Shown piece by piece: positions 22,960 to 36,762 of a stretch of DNA of 52,070 nucleotides. The position numbers and the translations under genes were made by a program. Where the stretch lies: the NCBI GenBank assembly GCA_001938485.1, contig MQRK01170126.1, forward strand, positions 1 through 52,070. The letters are read 5' to 3'. The notes beneath the pieces are model-generated. The model was not told where the DNA came from. It did no database searches and saw nothing but the letters and a program-made list of their open reading frames with translations. The DNA is from Girardia tigrina (lineage: Eukaryota). The first letter of the stretch is position 1; each line of letters starts with the position of its first letter.

Positions 22960-25900
22960 CTACTTTGTCTTGTTTTCCGCGTATTGCCCATACAAAATGG
23001 TTATTAAACTAAATGCAGGCACGTTTCCGAACGAGTCTGAAAAGGCCTCATGTTTCAGTGATTTAAAATCTACCTTTGTCGCGCTGACGGCAAAGTGTTC
23101 AGTTCTTCGAGGAGAGTCAACTAGTTGCTGGTGACTACGTGATGTTAAGTAGTACCTTTTTCTTTTTCTTTTTGATTTTTCGGTTTGTGACTGGTGAACA
23201 GAGCATCGGGTCAAGTTCACCTTCGTCAGTTATTTGCATTGTAGTATTTTGCGAATTTTCGATTGTTTCGATTTTGGTTGCAAATTTTTGGCTACCAGGG
23301 TTATTTTCGGGTTTGTCGTTAGTGCGTTGGTGGAGGAAATTGATATATTCCTGCTCAAGTTCAGGATAAGCCCAATTTTCGATTCTTTCGATTTTGGATG
23401 TGAGTCTTTGGCAACCAGTGATATTTTCGGGGTTATCCTTAATGAGTTGCTGGAGGAAAAGGACATATTCCTGATTAAGTATAGGATCAGGAATATACCA
23501 GTCATCAGGATTTGATTCCATTGGTGGTGATGGAGGAGGTGTGTTGGAAATTTCTGAGTTTTTGTCTTGTTTCTTTTTCTTTTTTGTTGTTCTTCCTTTT
23601 CCGTGGTTGTGTTTCAGAAGGACTGTTGGATTCTCCATATGTGGAAGTTATGGAAGATGTTTCAGGATCTGGTAGTTTCATCTTTTTGGCCGGTGAGGGT
23701 ACCGGAAAGGATTGAAGAAGAAAGTTATGAGAAGGTTCGTGGGTTGCAGAAGAGGATATCAATTATTGTATATCAATTATTGACTGAAAGTTTATACCAT
23801 TGATATCGTTCATTGAGTCATTGAATTTTTTTCGTTTGCCTGCTATTGAACTATGCTATATTGCACATCTGTCTTAGCTGTCTAGGGGGATAATCCTTCA
23901 TTTCTATTACGTTGATGGTTTCTATTACGCTTGTGGTCGCTTCGTATTGTGAATAGTTTGTTTGTGAGTATACATTTGGAATATTTTGTTCATGTATTTT
24001 GAAGTTTTGTAAGAAGTAGCCTAATGGTTTATTTTTATTTTAAATCATTTGTTCTATGACTGCCTTTATTGACTGATGGGACCCGCCTGTGGTTAGGAAA
24101 ATATCTCCTGCGTTTTGTAGCATATACATTGTATATTATACACGTTTTGTAGGTTGTTAAGGGTTTTCCTGATGTTTTCTATAGTTAAGTGTTGTTTTGG
24201 ATAGCTTTTTGTCATTTCGTTTAATAAACCTTAAAGGTTCTAACACTTAGGTATGCATTGATGGTATAAGTTTATCATCCTTATTAATTTCTTTAAATCG
24301 ACGATTGTTTCCGATATTTTTATTTCTTTATTTGTTTGATTTTTTCTTTTCTTGGTTAGATGTGACTTTAGTTCATACCTAGGGATTCTATTTCTTTTTG
24401 ATAGAATTTACATTTGTTAATTTTTATTTTCAATTCGTTGTCATTTAGTATTTTACAAAGTTCTTTTAAATATTCATCATGTTTTTACTGTCCTACTTCC
24501 TATTAATAAATCATCTACTTAAGCAATCGTACTTTTTGTCTTTATCAGTATGTTGTTCAAAATTCGTTGGAGCGTATCGGCTGCGTTTTTAGGACCAAAC
24601 GGAATTTTGTTGTTTTTTAATATTATCTGGTTTCATTTGAATTTCGGGGTACGCCTTTTGTAGGACTCTTCAGAAAATGCTAGCTTCGTTTAGTCTACTG
24701 GTAATTTCTCTTATACGCGATAGTAAATTCGAGTCATTGATCGTTATGTCGTTGGAGTATCTTTATTCTCCATAGCAACATTATTCTCCATCCGATTTTT
24801 GTTTCATCATTAGTGTTGAGGATCTCTCTCATGTTGAAGTGGATAATATATCTGTTTCGATCATATCTTTAAAGTTAGCTTCGACTTTTCTAGTTTTTCG
24901 AGCTTAGGTCGTCTGACTTTGACGTATAATGGAATTCATGTAATTATTGTAGTGACCCAGTCAATTATTATATATAAATTATATATAGTAAATTATATAT
25001 ATATATATATATATTAAAAATTATATATATATAAAAACAATCGATAAAAACAATTATTAATATTACTGTTTACAATTATACTATATTGCCTGCGGGGCGT
25101 TTTCTTGTAAAATCGGTTCGTAAAGGAATTTTCAGCAAACTAATTTATCAATATTCCCCTGAAAGTGCTCCTCTTCATGTGATCTATTTTCTCAAAATCT
25201 CGTTGTGCAACCGAATGATACTCTGACGTTTCCATCGATATTGTTACAACAGAAGATCGTTCCTTGAAACCATTTAACAACAAACACAAATCGAAATCGA
25301 GATTTATCTGTGCCGTTCTCTCTCTCTCTCGTATGTGATTTTTTTCTGTTATATATGTTTATTTATATTGTATAAAATTAAAAGTTTTATATATATATAT
25401 ATATATTTATCTTTATTTTTTTACGTTAAAGGAGTTCACTGAAACACGTTTTCAGTTAGCTCTTTTACAATTATTATCTTGTGAGTTACTTTCGTTTTTG
25501 ATTACTGATATGTTTCTCTATATCTGGATATTTGTCTAGTATTTTCTTGACTTTTGTATTGGTTATTTCCGTTGATTTAATTTTTTTGAAGATACCTGTT
25601 TAGTTTTCTGTATTGTTTCTAGGTTATATATGGACTTGCACTGTGTTTTTCTTCTTGGAAGAAATCTCTGTACTTTGTTTCTCGTTGTGTGACCACAGCA
25701 GATATAGTGTCTATTTTCTTTTTTTTCTTTCTTTGCATGCTGATATAATTTGAATTTTATTTGAGATTACCTATTTATTTTTGCAGTCTTCTAGAAGGTC
25801 GTAGTGGGCGGGTAGTCGGCTCCTGATATTGGTTTATTTAAATCTCCTAAAATGAAATTCCATTTATATATTTCTTTATTAACAATAATTTTGATGTTTA
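22960..25900 (-). mobile_element. Decayed Ty3/gypsy-type pol (protease-RT-RNase H) followed by a low-complexity ORF; interrupted at about 24960-25420
   Basis: PISGADY..YDLLEDCKNK (about 25775-25833, protease C-terminus), KIPFGPKNAADTLQRILNNIL (about 24548-24610), VDDLLIGS (24495-24518), KINKCKFYQKEIESLG, IFLTTGGSHQSIKAVIEQ..KPLGYF (about 24015-24105, RNase H), FTIRSDHK (23930-23953). Confidence 0.8.
23135..23638 (-). CDS. Open low-complexity reading frame with an internal 40-aa duplication, downstream of gypsy RNase H; product unknown
   Basis: 167-aa ORF; 120-bp tandem duplication at 23254-23373 and 23374-23488 (QEYVLFLQQ..PEN..G.Q..KIERIEN / QEYINFLHQ..PEN..G.Q..KIETIEN); K-rich runs. Confidence 0.4.
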   Translation of the reverse strand: MENPTVLLKHNHGKGRTTKKKKKQDKNSEISNTPPPSPPMESNPDDWYIPDPILNQEYVLFLQQLIKDNPENITGCQRLTSKIERIENWAYPELEQEYINFLHQRTNDKPENNPGSQKFATKIETIENSQNTTMQITDEGELDPMLCSPVTNRKIKKKKKKVLLNIT

Positions 25901-28251
25901 TTTAGCATTATTTTTTCTGGTCCACCCGATTTCAGCTCTGTAATTATAAGTTATCTGGATTTGAAAAAAAATGTCAAGCAAGAAAGAAGGAAATACTTTA
26001 CGTAAAGCATAGAAGAAAATAAATCCCATTACGTGTTAAATTGACTTCTTTGGTGAAAGCTGGACTAAATATCTATCAGTTAATTCCAATGTTTTTGGAT
26101 GAAAGTTTAATTATTTTTGAAAGAAAATTCAAAAAACTCATTAAAAATTTTGCAAACAGATGTTTAGTTTGTCATCCAAATCGAAATTTAAGTAATACCG
26201 CTATTGTCAGGATGAACAAACTGCACTACCCATAATCCTAATTTCCGATCACTCGACCACCGATTTGAATTAACTTAGAAGAACAACATGTTATATGAAT
26301 CAAAAAGTCCTAAAGAACTAAAAGACTCTCCCTCGCAGATTATGGACAAAATAAACATCAAAATTCTACAAACAACCGTCAAGACTATCATTTATAATTA
26401 AGAAGACTAATTTGATTTTCAATACTTGTATTGACATCACAATTCGAATTGCACCCAGGAAGATTCTCAACGGAACTTTCGTAGCTAATTATATTGTTCT
26501 TGATTTATAAATATTAATTCTGTTTCTAAAATTCTTATTATTTGGAAAAACATTAAATTAAATTTAATTTTCGATTTAAATTACAAACTAATTTTACAAT
26601 ATTTTAATGGATCTTTTTTTTATTTTTTAAATATATTTTATTTGAAATATATTATTTATTATTTAAATAATTAAAAAATATTATGTAATCATTATTATTA
26701 TTATTTAATTATTAATTATTATTTAGATATATTACATTATTAAATATATTTCTAAAATATATTACTAACTATATTTATTCTCTAGAATATATTAATTTAA
26801 TTTTAAAGTTATTATTTACATTTTTAAATTGTTCGAATGACCAGATGGTTAAAAACATTCAAAATATCAATTTTAGATCTTGTTAGGAGAAACACAATCG
26901 TAAAAACATACCAAACACAGCATACAATATAATTTATAAATAATAGTTTAAATAACAAGTTTATCATTTATTTATAACAAAGTTTGATATGGTCATAAAT
27001 AATCAATTACTTTTAGACGGGGAAACCAAGTTAAACATTAATTTTGTTTTAAATATTTATCAAATTCAATTTTTTTCAAAACCAGTTTTTTTTTCCAAAC
27101 CAGTCATCAATATTTCACATTTTCTAAATTAAATTTTAATAAATTAAAAAAATTAAATTTACTAATTAATTTATAATCTATAAAAAATGAATTAAAACTA
27201 ATTATTAAATTAACAAAGAAAACATTTTTCCCGGGGAAAATATTTTTTAGCACCTAAAAATAAATGGAAAAAAATTTAAAATGGAAGTAAGTATTTTCAA
27301 TTCGAAAATCATTGATAAAGATTTTTTTATTTGTATTATCAACAGTTGAAGTCATAAATAACAAAAATAATCAATATTATATTATACACAAATTCATACA
27401 AATTTCCTTCAATGTTTCTTAAATTAATAATAATTTCGCCGATAATTTGGTGCTAGAAGGACGGGTGACGTCGCGTGGCTACGGCACTCCTGCGTCGGTG
27501 ATGACTTCCTGTGTAAGACACAGATCTGTTGGCGATGGTGCAATTGTTTTTAGATTTCTTTAACCATTGGAAATTTTGTGATTTTTTTAATGTTCGATTA
27601 GATTTTGAATAAATTTTTATATGAGTTCCTTTTTTTGATGATTCTTCTTTGTAATTCAATCATCTCTGTCTATTAGATCCATTGGTTTTTCAATGAGAGA
27701 GAAGGACACTGTAGAGATGCTGGTAGGGATGGCTGAAGAAGAGGTATAGAAATTATAGGAGGCTAAGAAGATGTTGGACTTATTTCATTTTTGGAAGACA
27801 TTAATGATTTTGATTTACTTAATATTTTAACATTTTGAAAGTCATAAGCAACTTAGATAATTTTTTAATCATTTGAAGTTTCTTATATTCTTTGATTCTT
27901 TCAAAAGTCTTTTTAGATTATCTTTGTTGGGGGTACCCCATCTCAGGGTTGTTCGAACATAATATTTTACGTTTCCTTTAAAATTTTTAAAAAAAATAAA
28001 TTTTAAAATTTTAAAACAATTTTGTGACCTTTTCATTGTTTTGAATAATAGTTATTCAGTGAACTCACTTTTGACACTAAATCAAAATAAAATAATATTA
28101 ATTAAATTTTATTGACTAATAAACCAATAAATAAAAAAAAATGGTGAAACGATTTTTATTTATAGAAAAGAAGCGGAAATTTTGTTTGAATTAGTGTATA
28201 TTAATATATTATTTTTTGCTATTAATGACTTTCTCTATTGATATAACTAAA

Positions 28252-28428
28252 ATGGCGACTACCGATACAATGGAGATCTTCACGAATCAATTTTTACTCG
28301 TTTAGTCCAGGAAAGACGACAATATGGCGATGTTTTTTGAAGAATACAAAATATTCTTTAATTTTGCAGGGATCACGAAATTCCAACATGACTATATTGT
28401 CCTCTGTCTTATGGGACATTTGACATGA
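28252..28428 (+). pseudogene. Possible gypsy gag N-terminal remnant
   Basis: MATTDTMEIFTNQFLLV*SRKDDNMAMFFEEYKIFFNFAGITKFQHDY; the F..AGIT pattern is gag-like. One internal stop. Confidence 0.25.
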
Positions 28429-29589
28429 TTTTCTTTTTAATTAAAAATACTAATTAATTTGAAATTTTTAAAAAGTAATTTAAAAATTTTAATTAAAATA
28501 ATAAAGAAAAATGTTTTCCCATAAAAGATGACTTTTAACAATTAAAAATAAATGCAAAAAATAGAACCAAAAATTAAAGTCAGTATTTTTTTTTATTTGA
28601 AAATCATTGATAATAATTTTATAATATAAAATTTTTTAAGTACAGAGAAAAAAAATATTAAAAAAAACAACATACATATGAATTTTTCTTTGGAAAAATG
28701 AAAAAGAAAACTGTTTTCTTTTCGAAATCGAATTTCCTCTCAAAAAATATGCGACGGTGTTCTGCCATTTTACCAATTTTCGCCTAAAGGTCCTTGATTA
28801 GCTTGTTGATAATGACAGATAAAAATATGTCTTTATTTTTGTATATTTCACTACCATTTGTCACATGGAACTTATTTGATGATAAATTCTTTAATCATTC
28901 ATCTTTATTGTCAAGCTAAAAATTTATTAGATATTAATAATTAAAAGAAAATGATAGAAAACTAAAAATAAATCAATTCGAAAAAAAGAAACGATCATTT
29001 TTGAACACTAAATTATGATTTTTATCATTTAATCAATATTTTCTCATTAAATAATAATTAATTTTTAAATTAATAATAAATATAATTACGTATAAAGAAT
29101 TGCGCAAAATATGTGTAGAATATTTGATTTGTATAATCAAATTATATTTTATATGTATTTCTTTTATAATCTTATATTTTATTATGTATTATTGATCTTG
29201 TATAATAATTAGATCAACAAAAATAAACTGTTTTTAATCCGAAGTCGGTCTTTGGAAACTAATTCCAAAAGATTAAAATTCAATTATTTCATTTCCGGTC
29301 AGATTTATTTTCCAAATATGTCATCAAAAACCAAAATTTATTTCATCAAATTTATAATTTCAATCATTTGTTTCAAGTAATAAAAAATGTAACATAATAT
29401 TCACTAAGAAATTAAAGTATAAAAATTAATACTCAACTTATTATTAGTTATTGTTATACCCTAATTGAATATAAAATGAAATTTTTATGAAGAAAACAAG
29501 AACCAGAACTTGTATTAAGTTCAATAAAAGAAAATAAATAGTAATAATATTCTTTTTTAACATTATATTATTCAATTCAATATGATATA

Positions 29590-30170
29590 CGTGGTGCGTT
29601 CAATAAGTACCGGTCAGACGAAGGAAACGATTTCCGTTTTTACAGCACAAAAAGCTTAACAGATGTTGGCATCATTTCTAAACATAATTTTCATTTCGCT
29701 CGACACACTTCTTCCTACGAATAATCCACTCAGAAAACGCTTTTTTAAAAAAATTTGGGTGGCATTCAGCAAAGAAATCTTCCACGGCAACCTTCAAATT
29801 GTCTTTAAATCCAATTTCGATGCATCTTAAATGCTTTTTGAGGTGTCTGAAGATGTGAAATTCGATTAGTACCAAATCTAGGCTGTATGCTGGTTGATGC
29901 CCAAGCACTAAGCCAGCACCTGTCTGAGAAATGCCCGATGTGTTCACTGCAATTTAATAATTTAAACCATAATGATGTGTTATTCTGCTTCCGTCTCTTT
30001 TTTTTGGTGGTTGCCACGAGTTTGCTGTATTAGGTAGTGTTGATGGTTATGCTTTTATCCGCAAAATCTATGAAAATATCACCTTTATGATCCAAGAAAA
30101 TGGAAACAGTATCGCTCGTCCATGACTTGTCCACGTTTGCATCTTTAAAGATGGCTTTTTTGGACCTCTA
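29590..30170 (-). mobile_element. mariner 3' half (irritans-like TIR), decayed
   Basis: TA|cgtggtgcgttcaataagtacc TIR. ORF 29678-29947 reads HQPAYSLDLVLIEFHIFRHLKKHLR...FFKKAFSEWIIRRKKCVERNENYV; upstream remnant TVSIFLDHKGDIFIDF. Confidence 0.85.
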
Positions 30171-31189
30171 TCCAATTTTTCATTAGCTGTGTCAAAATTT
30201 TCTTGTGGCTGCTCTGATATTTTTGATCAAAAATCATCGCACTGATGAAAATTTAAAATGTCTTATTAAAAATTTTATTGCGTTTTATAAAAAAACAATT
30301 ACTGACATTAAAACCTATATTAAAACCTAAAATTGGCTATAACATTTTTTACCTTCGTTTTTGTACTCAATGAACGCATCACATAATTGTACTTTATAAC
30401 AATATAATATTTTATATTATAATAAAATTTTATAAAATCGAAAATTATATGTTTACAATGTAACAAAACTTTTTTGATATATTATCAAATTTTCTAGTTT
30501 TTTTATATAATAAAACTCATTTCTTTTTAAATTTTTAACTGTCAAATGGAAAATATAAACACAAATTTGAATTTTTATAAATTAATATTTAAAAAAAATT
30601 TATTAAAGAAATTTAATTATTTGTTTTCTGGTTTCATATTTATTTAATATTTGACAATTTCTTTCTGTAATTTAACATTTTTGTTCAATTTATATTTATT
30701 AGTTGTTTAATAAAATATATTTTATTTCAGTTGATATGGTTTTTTTTGTTTTTGATAAAAGTTTTTTTAATGATTAGACAAATATTTTAGGTAAAAAACA
30801 TTTTTTTTCTAACAGAATTGTTAAGAATTTCTTTTTTATAAGAAAAAAATATATAAATTTTATTTGTAAATGTTACATAAATGTTTTCTTTCAAACATTG
30901 TATAGTCTTTTTATTTAACCGTTCCAAGACATTGCTAATTATAAATAAATAATATATATTCTGGAATGGCATGTATTTTATTTTATATTTTTATATGTAT
31001 ATAGTTTAATAATTCTTTTAATTTTAAAACTCTACTTTTTTGAATATTTCTTTTATGGACTTTTTAAGGATTTCTTTTTTATTAATAAACGTATCATTCA
31101 AATTGATTGAATTTTAGGTTTCATATATTATCAATTCCGAAATTCTGTCATTTTTTATTTTTTATCATAATTGAAGCAATTTATTAAAT

Positions 31190-31290
31190 ATTACCTAAAT
31201 ATTTTCAATTTTTAACATATCATCTTGAAACTGATGAGGGAAGCCCTGCTTGTTGATAATTATAAAACCAGTTTAAACTCTTTCAACACC
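31190..31290 (+). pseudogene. Penelope GIY-YIG C-terminal fragment
   Basis: LKLMREALLVDNYKTSLN (about 31225-31278), cf. LxIxEALLIxxxKPSLN. Confidence 0.45.
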
Positions 31291-32479
31291 CTTTAAGTGG
31301 CAATACTGAAGTGACACCATTTAGCATTGATAATTATTACAAATATGGAAATATCGTTTCTGTCAGTGAGAATAATTTTATTGTCTCTTCATTCTTATTG
31401 AACTTTTTCGTTTTTCTCAGTTATAAAAATATACTTCTGCTTTCTTTCTTTTATTGATAAATGTAGTTGTGATAAAATAAAATATAAAATATGATTTAAA
31501 TATTTACAAGGGGTATATAAATTGTATTTAAAAATGAAATATTATTAGAGACATTATTAAATGATTAAGAATTTTAAACATACTACCTAAAATTCATATA
31601 ATAATAAACAATAATAAATAGTAAATAATACATAAAATATAATAATTTATTTTAACATAATAAAGGTTTAATGAGATAAGGAACAAAATGTATAATATTA
31701 AAATTGTACAAAATGATAAAACATTGACAATATAGTTTTAAAACTGTTTTCTATTTACAATTATCATTTTATCTGAGTGTTATTTTATATTCGTATTTTA
31801 TCTACACTTTGTAACTAAAATTATTAAAAACATATGTCTTTTTAAAAATAAAAAAAAGTCATGAAAACCAATCTACAATCTTGAGATAGTTTTATATGCC
31901 TATCCAACAAACAAATAATGTTCCATAATATAAAACAAAGTCAAAAGTTTGTTGGATCACCCGAGATTTTCATAATAGCATGGATATATCCAGGCATGAA
32001 CAGAACCAAACGCTTCAAGTATCCAAAAAAAAATTCTTGTCCCCAACAGTTCGATCCGTGGTCACATCATAGCCTTCAACAAAATTCCCTGACTGCTAAT
32101 GTATGTTTTAAGAGTGACAGAACCTTTTCCAAAGGATTAGAAACTGATCATTATGGCTGTCAATAAAAAAAAAAAATTAACTTAAAGCTCTTAAAACCAA
32201 TTTATTGTCTAGCATGCTTATTGAATTGTGTTTTTGCAAAAGGAGATTGTTTTACTGCCTGAGTATCACATATAATTTGTGTATCAGTAACTATACGTAG
32301 GCATGCTCATTGAGAAGGCCCAAACTTTGTACCTTGAAAGCAATCATAGTATATCAGCTTAGGACAACTACAATGGATCTTTATCTTGTTTTAGTAAACG
32401 TTTGTAGATAAAACTAATCGTGTTAATCGATATTTATAGACACTTAAAGGGCGTTATATGGAAATGTATAATTCGTATC

Positions 32480-33070
32480 TGTTGGGTTCTTGATCAATAT
32501 TATAATTCATAACACCAAAAATTTATTAATAACACATTTAACAATTATTCAAACAATTTTTGTTGTAATAAAAATTGTTGTTTTTAATAAAAAATTTTGT
32601 AGAGGAACTTTCTATCGTTTTCTTAATGACCAGATTCTTATATAAAAATATGAAATTATAAATATAAATAACTGATAAGTTATATTAAAATTGAAAAATT
32701 TTAATTCTATTTATTTGAAAATTTGCATCCTTATTTTTAAATTAAAAACCAACAAAATTTTGTAGTCATATTTTTTACTAAATTAAACATAATGATATTT
32801 TATTATTTTAGAATTAGTTTAATGTTATTTCTCTTTTTTTTGAAACATTTCTAATTAATAAAGATTTTAACGTTTTATTTTTTCAATATTTACAAATTTT
32901 ATTATTTTTATGATACGTTAATGATAAAAGTCTTAATTAAANNNNNNNNNNNNNNNTATTTAGAATAACTTTTAAAATTATTACAACCTATTTTATCATT
33001 GTATTTATATATATTTTTTAATCAATTATTTAAAAATCCATTATTTCCCAATTAATTTCATTTTAAGTTT
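32480..33070 (-). repeat. Inverted partial copy of the 19150-20130 element
   Basis: tgttgggttcttgatcaatattataattcataacaccaaaatttattaataacac is the reverse complement of 20075-20130; similarity continues to about 33070. Confidence 0.85.
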
Positions 33071-33380
33071 TTTTTACACTACAAATAAAATTCGATTATT
33101 CTCGAAAATAACTTTTTAAAATTAATTGGGATATTTTTTACATTATTAGAAAAACTTTTGATTTTAAATATTTACTTATTTCAAATATTATTTATAAAAA
33201 ATTATTTATTCAAAAATTTAAAGGATTATTTTTCACATGAGTCCTTCACAGTATCCATACATAATAGGTCTTTTATATTAATAGTGATAATATTTTGTGG
33301 TTCTACTTTCATTCTACCTTTTAAAGAATAGATCATAATGGTACAACTTTCATTGTTTCTGATTCTATAATAAAATTTTA

Positions 33381-33625
33381 TTGGGTTGGTCAAAAAGTCA
33401 TAGTGTTTTTGAGTACAATAATATATACTGAAACCTTAATTTTCAGACTATGTTTATACAAATATTAATTGATTTTGTTTTAATTTATTACTTTACCGTC
33501 AATTCGAAATGGAAAATCAAAATGAACATATTCGTTATGTTTTGTTGCATTATTTTCGCAAAGGTAAAACCGCTGTGCAAGCTCATAAGAAGATATGTTT
33601 TGTATGTGGTAGTGACTCCTTAAAA
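33381..33625 (+). mobile_element. 5' fragment of the same mellifera-like mariner as 5619-6438
   Basis: TA|ttgggttggtcaaaaagtcat TIR and MENQNEHIRYVLLHYFRKGKTAVQAHKKICFVCGSDSL from 33509. Confidence 0.95.
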
Positions 33626-36600
33626 AATCGACTTATCGGAAAAAGGTTACGACTAACGTTCAGGTATATGTTAAAATTATGAATAAAATGAGAAAAAAAA
33701 TACAATTTCTTTATTAAATATAATTTAATCACCACTTGTTTATTTAAAAAATAAATAAAAAATGTTAATTTATAAAATACATTTTAGAGAAACACAAAAG
33801 CAAAATTGATTTAAATGATAAGAAGAAACATTTTTAGTGATAATATAAAAATCAAATATTTTAAGAGCACTTTACAAGTCTTAGCACGAAATTTTATTTC
33901 AGGTTAATATTTCAATCTCTTAAAAGAAATAAAATAAATGAACCAACCTGATCGTCACGAACATCTCTGTGTGATTCTTGAGGATTCAGGAAAAAATTGG
34001 ATTTGACATTTCTAAAAATAATTAATTCAAAGAAACATGTTTATACTTATTTATAGTTTATACTAACTTATGTTTTGAGAACTTATTGAACAAATAATTA
34101 ATACCTTTTTTAAAGAAGTATAAGACATTTTTATATATTAATATATATTTCATAAAATGTGTTTTATAAATATAATAATTACTTCTTACGCATTAAAAAG
34201 ATGGTGTTTAATTGTGAATATTTCAAATAATTAAAATAAATTACTGAATAATTGAAATATAATATTAAATAACCATTTATAATATGTCTTATTTATTAAG
34301 AAAAAGATCAATAATGCGACGGCGACTATTGAATCATTAAAATAATTTTAATATAATTAAAATATCTGAAAAATAATTAAAAATAAATTTCATTATTTTT
34401 TAATTGGAATTTTTAATTTTATTACGAATAATTATTTATAAAAATATATTTTTTGATAAATTCGTTATTTTTATTTAGAAAATTTACGTACAGAAAAATC
34501 TTTCAAAACTTTTAGTTCATTAGAATCTAATTAATATAATACGTTTTTAATACTGATTTTTAATATTAGTTCTTTCGTTTCGATGATTTTTGTCAATGAA
34601 ATAAATCCAGAAAGACTGTCACAATATATTTATGGCTCGAGCAATATGACGTGATTCATAAAAAATAATTATAAAAAAAATTATATTTGAAATCTAAAAG
34701 ATTTATAAAGTTTAAAGTGAAAATTAAAGAACAATATTTCTACCCGATGATAAATTGATATTATTAAGAACATTTAGACAAGTCGCGTTTGAATGTTTAT
34801 TACAATCACATTTAGAGTCATTATGACTCTCAGAAAGTCTTTCATCGTTTTCCATCGTTCTAATTGGTTTTCTTATTTCAGTTTTTAATCATGATTATTC
34901 GAACAATTTTTCTAAGTTATTTTTTAAAATATTTAGCCTCTAAAAATATTAATTAAAAAAAATAATAATTTTTACCATTTTTCAATATATCTTAAAATAA
35001 TAAAAATGTCATCAAATTATTAAAAATGCATTTAATTTAAATTTTACTAAAAAATATTAAACTTAATTTTAATTGTGTTCGAATAGTCAATCACTTTAAA
35101 CTTAATAAAAAAATACCAATTTCCATCTGGGTGGAGAATCACCATTCTAAATTCAACATATTTAAATCAACATACAGTATCAATATATTCACACATTCAT
35201 ACAATTTAAAATATTCCACACAGATATAAATATTTAATATAAACATTTATTAAAAATAAAATAATATTTAACGTTTTAGAATTAAAAAAATATATATTTT
35301 TTCTAAGCTGATATAATAAATAAAAATTAACGTTATTTTAATAAAGAATAATCTTATGTTTTTAAAGTTCAGTAATATTACTACTTCCACTTGATTGTCA
35401 ATGCTTACGAAACATTTTACATAGAAAATGAACCGTTGCACTCATTAAGCTCAAATTTATAAAAATGATCGTAGCACAAATGTAAAATTAAGTCCAGAAT
35501 CTGTTTGGTTTTGAACTTATTTTTACAATAATTAACGTGAAACAAATACCTTCGACAATGTTAGTGGAAAGAACTTATTTATATGTAATGATTTCGGAAT
35601 TAGAAAAATAAAAGGTTTTTTTAAGTATATAATAGTTGTATCAATAAACTTTATAACTGAAAAAAATAACGAAGAAAATTCAATCACGAGTAAAATAGAA
35701 AGTAAGAGTCATGGGTAAAATAGATAATAAATAGAATTACTGTTAAGGATAAAAAATATTTTGTGATACAACTGTCACAATCTTCGAATTGGAAAAAAGG
35801 AATGTCCCTTGATTGGATTTTTAACGGTATAACCTCCACCTTGTCCATCGCTCGACCTATCGATGATTTGTTAGGTTTTTCGTTTGGGCGTGGTCTCAAA
35901 AAGTATTTGAGTTGGATGTTAATTTCTTGGTTTTCTTTTTGTTGTTAATATTCTTTGTATATTACTTTTTAAATTACTTTTTAAAATTTTACCTTTAAAT
36001 TTTGAATTTCCCAAATTTCGCTTTTTTTTCTTTAGTTGTTTCTTTTGGTACGTGATTTTCCTTTTTGTAGGTTTTTTAAATGTTCGCAAATTCCATTACC
36101 AACATCTCCAGAAAATGGTAATTTTTGTTTCAATATAAAATTATTTTTACCAACTATGGCAATATCAATTTTATATTGATTTTTTAAATATTACATTTTT
36201 ATTTTTATATATATTTTGGTTTAATTAATTGAGGGAATTTTCCCAGTGTAAAAGATAATTGTAAAAAAGTTAACTGAACAAATTAAAGTTCAATGAAATC
36301 TTTTAACTATAAAATTAAATAAATAAAATTATAAGAAATGAATTTTAATACAACTATATAATAAAATATTATACCAAGAATAAACAATATATGCATCAAG
36401 AATAATGGTTTTGGATATCAACAAGTTCTGTGCGATTTAATTGATCGAATTGTTAGTTGCTAATCGAATTCAAAATTCTTTGGATAATAAATTGTTTGGT
36501 TAATTGACTCTCAGTTTTTTCACTGAGGATATTGTGAATTTTATGTTTTTAGATATGATTTTGGAGTAATATTTCTAAACATAGAAAACACTGTAAAACT

Positions 36601-36762
36601 AATGTTGGAATAAATAATTTATAAGTTATGCATCAATTTTTAAAATTATTGGGTTTTGTGAGAGGCATTAATAATTTAATCGGATAATTTAGCAATTAAT
36701 TTCCAATCAAGTGACTCATCAACTTTTTGGAAAGTGTTTACGTGAAATGGTATTACATAAGT

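Noticed and set aside
31231-31250. CTGATGAG-GG-AAG-CCC hammerhead-like start
   Set aside because: No GAAA after stem II; better explained as coding sequence (LMREAL).
31950-32370. piggyBac-like (MIAFK, GYDVTTD) or Ras-like (FVEGYD) remnant on the minus strand
   Set aside because: Motifs too short and scattered; no TTAA/TIR or P-loop found.
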